DNA of 63,914 bases, the filler included, from Choristocarpus tenellus KU-1152 (taxonomy: Eukaryota; Protista; Phaeophyceae), in assembly GCA_964200185.2 (NCBI GenBank). It is 9 parts of 9 records of this genome, joined end to end, with 100 filler letters (N's around TTAATTAATTAA, not from the genome) between each part and the next. Parts side by side here need not be neighbours in the genome. Positions count along the whole stretch, not along the records: positions 49,315 to 59,995 come from CAXNAD020002790.1; positions 60,096 to 63,914 come from CAXNAD020017745.1; 7 more parts are not named here. One strand, written 5' to 3'. Position 1 is the first letter of the stretch. Each line of letters opens with the position of its first letter. This document shows, piece by piece, positions 51,843-63,914 of the stretch. The position numbers were made by a program, and so were the translations under genes. The notes beneath the pieces were generated by a model. It searched no databases. It was not told where the DNA came from and was given only the letters and a program-made list of their open reading frames with translations.

Positions 51843-54800
51843 GTGGGTGCTGTTGTTGTTGCTTCTGAGGTTTTCTGGGACTTGACTGACCTCAACAAGA
51901 ACATGCCCTGTTTTTTTTATGGGTGTTCAATGGGTGATGGCGTGTATTATATATATATATATATATGAGAGAGAGAGTACCTTTGTTGGCTGGTTTCAAG
52001 TTTTGTCCGGTCGGGTTCATTGCATTTGTTCCTGGCTTGGTTTTTGTGCAACAGGTAGGGGTTTTTTTGTGCAATGTGGGTCATATGCTGAGACTGTGAA
52101 CGTGATTGTGTGTGGTGGCAATGGAGAGGACACTGTATGTATTGTTGTCGCCATTCAATGTCTTACGCTGTCTCTCACAGCACGCTATAATTTGGTTCTT
52201 TAAAAATCACAATTGCAGGCGGGTGGTGTGATTTTTGTTGGGCAATACGTGTGTGATCTGTGTTCTGTTTTTTTTTTTGTATCAGGGATGAAGCACCTAT
52301 TCGTGGGTGTAGTGTTTGTCATGTCTGATGGGTCATTCAAGAGCCGTTTTTTTTCCATTTTTTGTGGGTGTGCAGTATGTAGCAAATATCAAACAAAAAT
52401 AGGGAGTGTTTATAAAAGTCTTCTTGTTAGAAGTTTGGTCTATTTATTTATTTGTTGCACATCCACGAAAAGATTAGGACAATTAAGTTTTGAATTGATT
52501 TTTGGATATGGCAACTGTTGCACCCTTGTGTAGGTGATTGCTTGTTGATGCTGAATAAAAAATCAGAAGCATAAATCAGTCACGTACAGCCCAAGAAAAA
52601 TGGCACTGTATGTCTTTATTGTGATTTTTTGGGGATCATAAGAGGCGTTCTTGGAGTTACATTGGAATGACATATTTTTTGAAGGGTTAGGGTTATGTTT
52701 TGTGTTGTTTATGGTCTGTTGGATGGCTGACTAGAGTATCTCAATATCGGTATGCATGTTGGAGGTGGGAGATTGACTGCATGGGGACGACTCACTGAAT
52801 CTTGGGTAGAACTGATGTGGTGGGTAGTCACTTTGTTGCAAGGCACCAGGGTCAGGGATATGGCAACGGGGAAGAAGATGAAGTGGTGGTGTGAACCCTA
52901 TAATAAGAGGGGAGATTGATTACTGCCCCACTGGTCGGACAGGTGAATCATTTTTTTGATGGGTGTATATAGTTGGGTGTGTTTTGATTGTTTTTTGTCC
53001 AGATTATGATTGTGATTGATACACATTTCTTCTGGAGGTGTAACACCCGGTGTTGGACTGATCGATTACATCTTGGAAATATCTTGAGTATTTGTGGTAA
53101 ATATTCAATGGTCACAAATTCAAACTAACCTAATTGTCGTGGATGTGGTGCATTAGAACCTGTGGAATTTGGAAGAGGTGGTGACAGTTTCATTTTAGTG
53201 ACTCACCAGACAAGAGTTTCAACTCTAACTGTGTTTGTATGTGTGTGGTGGGGGTGTGTGCCGATGCATCTTTAGATTGATATTTGCTCTTGTAGTGACT
53301 GCTTGGTTTGCCATTTGCCTATCCATTGTTGACTCTCCATTGTTGACTCTGTGAAAAGAAGATGAGATATGTTGTGTCTGTAAGAACTTGGTGTATTACT
53401 GTGTTCTCCAAAACAGACCAGGCATACTTCAGAGCAAGGGTTTGTGTTTGAAAATCAGGGATGTTGTCCTTCCAATATCTTCGAAAGTGCTTGTGTTTTA
53501 TGCACTGTGGACCACTGTCTTAATGGCATGGGTAGTGCTTCTTTGAATATCTCATTACTTCAGCTGTTTTTCTGTTTTATTGTGATGAATGGTAAGAGTG
53601 CTCGATGTCTACCCCTAAGGTCAATGAGAGAGAGAGAGTGCTGGGCCCCGTCTTTGACTTCTTATCATCTCTAGTACCCAATCCGGTTGTTGATTCTTTG
53701 TAAGCACAACACCGCACTCACTTTGCCTCCACACACTCCCCTTGAACATTCCATTCCCCGTGTTGGATTCTTCGTGACCGTTTGTCTCTGTGCAATCTCC
53801 TCATTTGTATGCAATTCCTTGTTTTGTTTCTCAGGTGGGTGAGTGGATTGCTGATGACATCAACACGGGGCAACATACTGTTTGATTTAGGAAGCAGAGT
53901 GCCTCTTGCATTAACCTCTCTCGAGTGATTTGGCTTGTGTGGAAGAGATTGTCCATTGATATTAGTCTGTGTGTGTTACGTTGTTTGCACGCCAGCACAG
54001 TTGAAGTGTCCTGTAGGTACTGTAGCGCATCCTAACGGTCAACAGGGCAAGGGCAACGTGGGTGAAGGTCCAGCAAGCCATTGCGTGGATGTGCCAGTTG
54101 TGGTTTTCTTTTGTAAGCAGGAAAGGTGCATCTGGACATGCTGTTGTTGAGAGCGAAAGGGCTCACCACTTGCTCAACTTGTGCCTGTCAGGGTGCCTCA
54201 AGTGTTCCTATATGGACCTAGTTGTGTGTTTCCTAGTGTAGGCCAGACCAAGCAAGACTTCTCCAGTCTTTGATCAGAATTGTTTCATTTCAATCAACTC
54301 CTGTTTAATTGAATGAGGTGTCTTGTCAAAGCCCCCCCCCCCCCCCCCACCGCACGAAGAGATGAAATTATTTTTTTTGTTGGTTTTTTTTAGATAGTGG
54401 TGGTGTGTTTTATTGAATGGGGGTTTTGTTAAAGCCCCCCCCCCCCCCCCAAGTGGTAGTTAGAGATACAGTTCATTTTTGCAGTGTTTTTGTGAAGATA
54501 GTGCTGGATTTCTGCCAGTAGAATCATCGGTGACATTGTTTGTGCTGTATTATATAGCCATTGGTTGTTGAGGGATAGATGTTGGCAGGCAGGTGGTTGA
54601 TGGATTCTGATCCCTGATGACGGATTGACGGATTGATGGATGTGACTGGAAGTTCCAATACGAGTGATGGCAGCTGCTCATGGCAGTGTTGCTTACAATT
54701 GATTGCGGTTTCATCTTGCCTGTATTATGTAGAGCTTTGGCTTTTGACTGTCTGAATTGCAGTTCAAATTTTTACAAGTAGGGTTGATCAGTATTGAGTA

Positions 54801-57800
54801 TGGAATGTGTTGTGGGTAGTAGTGATGTTGTGAACAGCCATTTCAAAAAGTTGTGTTTGTAACCTTCTTCCCTATGTCAGCTGGTATTTCCCAAGTTCAA
54901 CAAACGATTATACCCTACATGTGTATACCTACAGTGGATTTCTGGGTTTTATTCTAGAGCTCGTAGTGCCCCATTTTCTCTTCTTTTTATCACAGGGATG
55001 CATGTATCAATGCACATGCGGGAGGGATAACATACACTAAATTGAAGGGGCGCCTTCCGTATAGAAAGGGACACATTGATTCTGGGAAAATAATTGAAAC
55101 CGAATTGAGCTTGAAAGTGCAAATATCTCGGAGGGACCTGCTGCCGTGAGTTGTGATGACTGGAATTTTTTTTTCCAAAAAAAATCCCTTTAGTGTGCCA
55201 CAGCTATGCACGCGGTTTGCCACCAGTGTCTCTGTCATGGCCTTGTTTAATCAATCTTCGGATGATAAATTATTTCAGTAACGCATTCCCTTCCTCACTC
55301 TTGTCCTCTACTTAAGAGGATGTGAATACACCTATTATACCTCTCCCTTCCAAATTGCTGAGAGGATGATACCTAGGACATCATGATGCTCGATGCCAGC
55401 ATTGCTCTAGAATGTTTGACCATATTTAGTCTGTTACTTGGTTATCCATTACAATGTTAGCCCGTTTTGCTCTGTAATATCTGTTCGTTGTCCAGACAAA
55501 GTTTAAAGCTTAATTCCTCTATGATGTCCCTTATCCGTAAGGAGTACATTAGGTTCCATTTGCTAAATTATTATTCTGTCAAGTGGTAAACAATTTCACT
55601 TTTTTTGTTGCTCTTTCGCATATCAGTTCAATCTTCTTTCACTGTTCCAGGTTGAAACCACGTTTTTGTGGAGTAGCTTAACAATCTCTGTCGAATAGTA
55701 TCCGACTACCTATTCTAAACATTGTTCCTATTTTAGCGATCATGACCATGTCATGTTCGAAAACGAATGTCAAAAAGAAAGTTTTTAGAACTGCCACAAT
55801 GTGTACGTGGCAGTTAAAGACGTTGCTAATGGATGGAAGGATGAGATCGTAATATAGAAGTGTCAATATATCAGTTCCTATTAAATACCGTATGAATGAA
55901 AACAAGAGGTAGGGAGGGTTGCATTGTGAGGATCCCAATAAAGGACAAAAATATGGCATTTTGTACAGTTAGTCGCAGTCTTTTTACTGAAATGTGATAT
56001 CAAGTTGTATGTGGAAAGGGGGGATATCTTTGCATACATTATGGTGCACATACATAAAGCGATGAAATAGGGTGTGAATTGCAGAGAGTAAGAAAGATAG
56101 CTTAGAATGCAAGAGGGTCCAAATCTGCCTACCTCTCGAGTAGTTTGACTCTGTGGAAGGACTGTCCGTTTTGACCCCTCTACTCTACACACAAAATGAC
56201 ACCACAATTAAGCGAAGACTCTGCGATTGTATCACATGGCGTATTTTTGCCGTTTCTCAGGCTCCTTAAAAAATGCAACCCTGCCTACCTTTCGATTGGT
56301 TTGCTTCACTTGTAGGGTTATGGTTGGCGGATTGAGGGGCATTGAAGTGTCCAACACAGTTTACTCTTCACCATGAATCTGATGGCGAATATACACCCCA
56401 CCGTGATTTGTCTTGTGGGAGGATATCATTTAACTAGTGAGTGTACACATAGTCACAAGTGTGAACGGTGTTAAAACCAGAGAAAGGGAAAAAATCGAAA
56501 AATTATACTAGAAGAAATAATGCAAGGGTTGGAGGAAAAAAGAGTGGGTGTACTTGCATATCATATTGCCATCTGTAACCCAGAAAATACTTACCATTGC
56601 ATCCCTTATTATCCACAACAGTGCTCAGAAATATTCCTCATGATACTGTTCAATGTTTGGCAAACACCTCTAACACCGAACTTTTTTTAACCTACACGAC
56701 AAACTACAGAATGCACGAAAAATTATATTTCAGTTCCATCTCGCAGAACACATCGTCAAAAAAAACAATAAGTCCAGACTAAGTTTCAATAGTTCCCTGT
56801 TTGGACCTTATTTGGTCCATAATGTTCTTTTTCAAGTACGATATTGCTGCCTTTCTGGTTTCTGTTGTTATATTTATTTATTGTGTCAATTGTCTGAACA
56901 TCAAATAATGACCCAAAGCATTCTAGAGGGAGTGAATCGTATCCATTTTGTAGTTGAGGGTTCTCTATTTGATGTGATGCCCGACACCACATTTTCATGG
57001 TCAAAACTCAGGCAGCTTCAATCTCTAGTCTGTGAATGAATGTAGAATAGAAGTCTCTGTGTATGGATGTTTTGTAATGGAGTTGGAGGATGCAGGAACA
57101 TAAAGATGCATATAAGAAAATAGCCATAGAGACCCTTTATCAACAAAGACACCGCCTCTAGGAACTTTGGCTTATCACGGGTTTGTTGTGTGCTTAGAGT
57201 GAAAAAACAATAAGTTGTGTTCACCACATACATTATGCAAGGTGCAAAAAGTACGATGAGTTAGAGCAATGTCTGCCTACTACATCCCCAGCCAGGTGGC
57301 TCTTCTTTCTCTCTCCACACTTATTTTTCGCCCTGCCTGGTCCTTTTCTGCTTGTTGTTGAATATTCCCCCTTCAACATGATGTTTTTCTTTTTCTCCAA
57401 AGGGATCCTTACAGAAGCATTTTTTTTAGTGCCCCCAACTTATAGATAGAAGCGACTGGCTCAATTTTCTCGTTCTATGAGCACTGTCTTGTGGAGCTGG
57501 TCAACTGACCTGAGGTGCTTGCTTCATTAACAACTCAATTTACTGATTGTTTCTACACCCTTTACTCACCATACTTGTTTGACGCACACACACACACACA
57601 CAGGTTGCCGTTTCCAAATGCATGCAACATCGTCATTTTGTGCCTCCAACTAGAACCTGCAGAAAGGAATAGTTTCTACTCTATGTAGGGGTGTGCATGT
57701 GAAATGAACACCTTGTGGAGGTGTCTCCCATGATGGCTCACCTTTTTTGAGTGATACCCATTCATTGTCTATCATCCACCTGTCTCTTCGTCATACCTGT

Positions 57801-58915
57801 TGTGTTTGTTACCAGTACCAACTCTCGTCCTTGCACGTTTGCTCACGTGGGCTCATGTCAATCACTCCAAAAAAATATGTAGTCCTTGAAAATGGTTGAC
57901 TCCCGATGGATTGGGTGGACTCAAACTGACTAGCTCATCACCCTTTAGCGCCTCTCCCCCATATCCTATTACTCCTCGCCATCTCACGCATGTGTGTTTA
58001 TATTGCAGGTACCAGCTCTTCTTGTTGTCATGTGTGTGCTCAAGCCAACCATTTGGGCCTCCTACACAATCTCTCATCAAACAGCTTCATCATATGTGGT
58101 CTCTATCCAGCTCTAGGCTACAATAGTGGTGCATATATGTAACATGTATCCATGCTACATAAATGTATATATTAAAAAGGTCCCCAAATTTCCCTTAAGT
58201 GAATGGACAGGTTTACACTTGGTCGAGGTCATCTTTTCTTTTTAGAGTCATAGTCTTCTAGAGGGGGTTGTTGCCGTTGAGTGTAAGGGGTCTTTTGTGA
58301 CAACTTTCTGATATGTGTGTTCCTAGCACTCTGGAGGGCGATTTCATGCTTGTTGCATGGACGAACGTTTGTTTATCTCCACTTCTACGGCCAGAGCCTC
58401 CTGATGGGGTTCAGCTGCATTTCGGGCATGGGAATGGAGGTGTTGGGCGGAAAATTTTATAAGCCCGTTAAACTTAAAGGGACCCTCATCGATCCCCCCC
58501 TATCACACAATGGCTCTCAAAGAAAGGGGAATTCGTTTTCATTGGATGCAGAGGCAAGAACAATGTAAAGATACACCACCAGCATCTTCCTGTCTGTCAT
58601 TAAACCACAAAGAAAAACAGAAAACCCTGAATCGCAGTGACAAGATTTCATTGTGACCAAGCGAGTACTGCACAAGATTCAAGGAGATGGAGCAATGTCC
58701 TGTGGAATGGCTGAAACCAACTTGTAAGAAGCGATAATGAGGCTGTACAAGTAGTCTTAGTGCAACATTTTCAACAGAAATTTAGTACGAGAAGTTGTGC
58801 AGTGTGTAGTTGTGACAACAGGTCAGGGCTAGGTACGGTCAATGTACGTAGTAGCTCCTAGCCCACGATTATTGTAGTCCGTAGTATGGAAAAAAGGATA
58901 CTTCGTTGAGTTATA

Positions 58916-59970
58916 CTCCCTCTGTCCCATACGTCTGGACCGTAATGTTGTAGCTCTTCGGGATGAACTTCGATCACAAAACGGACCTTTGCATTGGATT
59001 CCTTGGGATATTTTACATCTAAAAAATATGTCTCATCTCTATTCAACACCGTCAACTCACCAATGCAGGGCTGCCGTGGAGGCTACTTGGGCTACTTCGA
59101 CTGATCTGACCAATCCGTCCTCCCGCTGCCTTTTTTTTTGTCCTGGTGCCCCAGCGCCCTCAGCACCTGATTGTGCCTCTTAAACAGTCTCTGCCACACC
59201 CCCTCAAGTGTGTCTGCGTTGTACACGTGGAACATGCTTGAAACTCCCTCTAGGTCCAAAGCATTTAAGAGAATAGGAGTTTGGCCTTGTTTGTCCGTTC
59301 GGGGCTTGACTCCCCACATGTTTTTGGTGCCTCTTTTCGGTTTTCTGTGTGAACACAATTACCTAAAATGTGTACGACTATGAAAGGTGTGTCCGGAGCA
59401 ATGATATTGACCCTTACTAACGAACACGATAGTCAAAATTCACCAAAATTGCAACATTGGATTTATGATCCCAAACGGGCGCAGCCCTACTCTCCTAAAT
59501 GCTTTGACTCTCTACAAGTCCATCAATGGTGCCGTAACGCTCCGCCCAAACCCTGCTCTTCAGAGATACAAAAAAACAAATAATTGATGTTCAGATCTGA
59601 TGACTGCGTTGGTGTGAATGGTGTCGAGGCCATTCCTGTAGGTTTTGCGGTTGCAGGAAATCTGGTCAAGGATGAAGTCCACCCTGTCCTTGTGAGAAAC
59701 GCAAGACTAGGGTGACTCACTGCGGAACCCTCGTTGCCCCCATGGCTTCAAGTCAGAAATGAAGCTTTGAGCTGCCGACTGCAAGGCCCACTTCGGCAAA
59801 CTTAGCAGAACGTTGGTCGATAGTCAACCGGCTATTGATGGTGTTGATTTCCCGGATCTTCGCTTATTTCGTTGGTTTAAAGTCTGTCAGTCGTCCAGAT
59901 GGTGCTTGTGATTTCAGGGAGGTGGTATTCCCCCTAACTGTTCTTTCATGCGCGCCCACACCCATCTAGG
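58916..59970 (-). mobile_element. Second, more decayed DD39D-like mariner copy, interrupted by a family B MITE
   Basis: TA + CTCCCTCTGTCCCATACGTCTGG TIR at 58914. Relic peptides RWVWARMKEQL, SGRLTDFKPTK*AKIREINT, QSSDLNINYLFF and SLKSRVWAERYGTIDGLVEGVSSMFHVYNADTLEGVWQRLFKRHNQVLRALG align with ORF 38953-39897. Confidence 0.8.
59253..59510 (+). mobile_element. MITE family B variant (258 bp) with 4-bp TSD (TCTA)
   Basis: tcta|GGTCCAAAGCATTTAAGAGAATAGG...CCTACTCTCCTAAATGCTTTGACTC|tcta. The interior resembles 35651-35907 (tgaaaggtgtgtccgga..acacgatagtcaaa). Confidence 0.88.
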
Positions 59971-59974
59971 GTGT

Positions 59975-60112
59975 GGGTCAAAGTATCTGGGGGTGNNNNN
60001 NNNNNNNNNNNNNNNNNNNNNNNNNNNNNNNNNNNNNNNTTAATTAATTAANNNNNNNNNNNNNNNNNNNNNNNNNNNNNNNNNNNNNNNNNNNNCCCAG
60101 ATACTTCGAGCC
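59975..60112. mobile_element. MITE family A spanning an assembly gap
   Basis: gtgt|GGGTCAAAGTATCTGGGGG..gap..CCCAGATACTTCGAGCC|gtgc. Confidence 0.75.
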
Positions 60113-61807
60113 GTGCACAAGGGGCGGTGCTATGAACTGTACCTGAACGCACCTTGTCATTGGTTATTGCGGTGACACTACTCCCCTATTGCCTTGTCTG
60201 TGATCCATCTGCCACAGGTCGAAAGACAAAGTCATGACAAAGATGTAGAGAACTCCAAGATTTGTCCAGAAATATGGAGAATACATGCCAACATTGTAAT
60301 TGGGGGATAGGGATAGGGTCAGGGTTAGAGTCAGGGTTAGGGTTGTCTAACCCCCACCCTAACCCAACCTACAGGGAGCATGTGTGATCTCTCACTGTTC
60401 TCTGTTAGAGGCAGTGCTACAGAGTCTTTGTGAGAAGGCATGCAAGAAGTACCTTCGGGTGACTAGAGTTCTACTGCCCTTACTACTGAGTAAGCACTGA
60501 CCAAAACAAAAAATGGTGCAAAGCAATGGGTTTTATTCCTCCAAGGACTTGATGTGTACACGGTGAGTTGCAAAAGGTGGTGGATCAACTTCACAGTTAA
60601 ACTCTACTTGCTTTGTTCAAGTCTGCAAGCGTGGTATGCTCATAAAGAGTAGCATTGAGCGTGCTTTCACCATGTCTACAGCTCTAGAGGGAGGTGGTAG
60701 GGGGAGCTTCAGGTGGTGGCAATCAGTGGGGGCAGCATTGATGTGCAAGAAGTGTTGTTGGCAAAAGGGGGACTCAAGTTTGCTAAGTTTGTGAGCAAAT
60801 GTTCAGGGTAAACTGAAATACAGAATCAAATGACGACAAAGACAAACTTAATTAGCACAATCATGAAAAGAGTAGGAGTACCAAGTGCTAGGAACCTACG
60901 CCAAAATATCCATGATACAACAGCAACAATACACCAGAATTGAGAGTAGTCTCACCTCAGCCAAAGTGTGAAGCCTTGTAAGGAAGTTGTTGTCCTCACG
61001 AGCATCAATTTTGGATGAGGCTTGCCTGTATCGATCTTTAGTAGCATGGATCCAAATACTGGCTGCCAATGAAGTGCAGGAGTTACCTATGGGGAGCCCT
61101 GCACCCTTGGTGCTGGTGCTATCCCATTTGTACACTGCAATTTTCCTCTGCTACTCTGAGACTCTGAAGAAATTGCCTTGGATCTACAGTGGGAATGCTC
61201 AAGGAGCTAGTTGGTGGTTCTTATCTCAGCAAGGCTTTGGTCAATCCGGAAGACGGTAGTTAGGTGTGTTTTTATCTAATCCTAGCCCTAAAAGGAAGGA
61301 GCTCCTGTGATGGAGTCCAAGCAGTTTAGAGGGTGGTTAGAGACGCGTCCGTTTGGGGTCATAAATCCAATGTTGCGATTTTTGTGTAATTTTGGCTATT
61401 GTGTTTGTTACGAAGTGTCAATGTCCTTGTTCTTGACACAACTTTTCATAATGTATATATTTTACCTACTCGTAAACATTTTGGAGTAGGTAAAATATTA
61501 TAAAAAATGGTTAGTGTAACAAGTGGAAAGGGCCGGCAGTAGTGCATGTTCTGCACTAGCTAACTAAACATTTTAGAGACTTTCGCTCTGTAGTACTGGC
61601 AAGAACTGCATAACAACAGGTTCCAAGCATAGAGGATAACTCTGTGGTGCATGTGAAGCCTTGATAAATGGGAGAGGTTCTTTGTACCTTTCATCTAATC
61701 ACTAGAAGTTCTTGCCATGTAGGCACTTGATCACTGTGATAAGAGAGTGTATTGACGAGAAATCCTATGAAGTACGAATTTAAGATGTAGAGATGGGTGA
61801 GTTGGAT

Positions 61808-61980
61808 GTGTTACAGGCGAATAACGCGAGCATTTCTTCTTGTGTTCTAACAAAATGCGAGCATTTGTTACACGCGAACAGCGCGATCATTTCTTCTCAT
61901 GTCTTAGCAAACATGAACATTTATTTGTGACAGGCGAATAGTGCCAGCATTGTTTCTCGCGTTCTAACAAGTGCGAACAG
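61808..61980. repeat. Degenerate ~58-60-bp tandem repeat x3
   Basis: tgttacaggcgaataacgcgagcattt..., tgttacacgcgaacagcgcgatcattt... and tgtgacaggcgaatagtgccagcatt... Confidence 0.7.
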
Positions 61981-63872
61981 TATACGAGATTAGTAACACA
62001 TAGGTAGCCTTACAAAATAAATGCTGATTTCGTAGAAAATACAGAGTAAGATTCGTAATGCATACTGAACATTACAGAAGAAAATGTCAAAGTTCCTAAT
62101 AAGTTGCTGAACAAAGGTGTATGATTGGAGTACGTATAGAGCAGTTTCATAGAAGACCAAAGAAATTGGGTGGATGATGAAAATAATAAGAGGGCTTTTG
62201 GTCAAAATCATTTACCTCTCTTAGCCAGTCTTTTTATCCTGAACGAAACTTTGAGTCGAACTTTGAGCTAAGCACTGAGTGGAATATCAAGAGAGAAGGC
62301 TATCTGACACCCTACAAACTGTTACCAAGGGCAACGTCCCCATAGTGTCGTTTTGAGACCGTTGGATTTGAGTCACACATCATGTAGAGGTGAGTTCAGG
62401 GGCGTGCTGTAGCATGGAGGTCCTACCGAGACTTCCACACTGTAACAGATGTAACCCTGAGTTTTCTTTTGCCAGTGTAGGACCTCAGCAATGCTAGCTG
62501 CATCAATACTTTTCTCTCCGAGCTATTCGGAAATGGTGAGTGGTGTCTGGGTTTTGATTGCGCTTATAATAAGCCTAAGTAAACGAGAGACACCCAGTTT
62601 CGGGACGTTTTGCATTTTATTTTGTCATTCACCCAAAGTTCTATGGATGATGCGCTAATTTGACTTTAGAGGGTTAATTTCTCGATCGCTTTAAACTTTT
62701 AGATATTATTCGAATTTTGCATGCATTTTCTGGCATCCGCAGTTCTGGGTACCACTTGTTTACTTTGACTCAATAACCAGATGTTCCTAAAGAAGACTTT
62801 TTGCCTATTCCTTCGTACATTTTTGGAGTATTTCAATTATTGTGTTACTGCTTCTCCTCCCGCTACATTTTGACCATAGATGTGGAATCCCTTAAGACTA
62901 ATGTGAACAATTATGTAATAGAGTAGTATTAACGACCTTGGAAGCCATCAGCATCCTACCATCCAGGTAGTTGGACTATGCCACATCATCAGTACTAACG
63001 ACTAAGGCCTACCAGCTGAGACAGCAACGACAGCTAGGTGAGGCATCTCTTTGCAAAGAGATTGTTACACCCAAGTAGTTGTCTTGTAATATAAAAACTT
63101 GAGAGTATGCAGATAAAGTACAATGTGGAATGGGTCACCTTCACACGTCAGGGACCCTGGGGGCCAAACTGCAGTGATGTGGCTATACCTCTCTTCCAAC
63201 CACTAGCCACTGTGGTATATCATGGTCAACAATACCTTAATAACTTAACCCTAACCCTAGCCCCAATGTTAAAAAAATGTTTTCAACATCATTAATTGAT
63301 CTAACCAGCACCGCAAACTCTAATTTTTCACTTAAAGTACCCCCACCTGAACCAATACACTCTGTGTTTCGGCTCTCAAGTATGCATAGCTAAGATTGAT
63401 ATATGCAAGGCTGGGATTATTTACTACGTCTTAATCGTTTCCTCCGGTAAAAAAAAAGAAATAATAGAAGGGGAAATACGTAATCCATATAGAAGTGGGG
63501 TCTGCATTTCCAAGGGTTCACAAGATCATGTTCATAGCACAAATCCAGATATTAAAGTAGAAGTAGAGGTGAGTGGGTGAAGATTGATGTTGAGGTAGAT
63601 AAAAAAAACTGGGTGGAGATGTTACATTGTCAGGTTGGTTAGATGTCAATGAGTGAGGTGTACCTATGTGTCGACATATCCTCTGGTTGTACGACCACTG
63701 CAGTTTTAGTTCATTCCACACAATTTCAACACCATAATGACAGAGGAAGTTGTTCTTCTTTCATCTAACATGAGTAGGACTAGTGTTCTTACAACCAGTC
63801 TTGTACAGCACTCTAGTCAGCAATAGTTCCTAAAAAAGGGCAACAGTTACACACAATATATCTTGCATGTAT

Positions 63873-63914
63873 GGGTCAAAGTATCTGGGGGGGGAGGGGT
63901 GGTTTGTGAGGGGG
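63873..63914. mobile_element. MITE family A terminus at the window end
   Basis: GGGTCAAAGTATCTGGGGGGGAGGGG. Confidence 0.7.

Overview
Eukaryotic nuclear DNA, most likely from a photosynthetic stramenopile (ochrophyte). The evidence is intron-rich GT-AG genes, a signal peptide plus 'APAFL' plastid-targeting-like leader, and TTAGGG repeats. The window is nine contigs joined by artificial 100-nt linkers (44 N + TTAATTAATTAA + 44 N). Genes reconstructed by hand from splice sites and motifs: a p24/GOLD protein (-); a head-to-head pair of a bacterial-type RlmI/RlmK-like SAM methyltransferase (-) and an ALKBH2-like dioxygenase (+); a 15-exon T7-like organellar RNA polymerase (+, 5' incomplete); an EF-hand protein (-); a Rab-like GTPase with a long Ser-rich tail (+); and the C-terminal exon of a DHHC palmitoyltransferase (+). 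Repeats: a Sola2-type transposase relic with two MITE families sharing GRGYCAAAG termini (10 copies or ends), two deleted DD39D-type mariner copies with Stowaway-like TIRs, a ~1-kb foldback, a 15-unit ~120-bp satellite, a (CCCTAA)n tract and many mini/microsatellites. The most unexpected items are a ~250-bp bacterial IS3 transposase fragment inside an intron of the RNA polymerase gene, the tightly divergent methyltransferase/demethylase pair, and an apparent excess of AAG splice acceptors with AG|GT-duplicated intron borders. All family calls come from motif recognition only; no database search was run.
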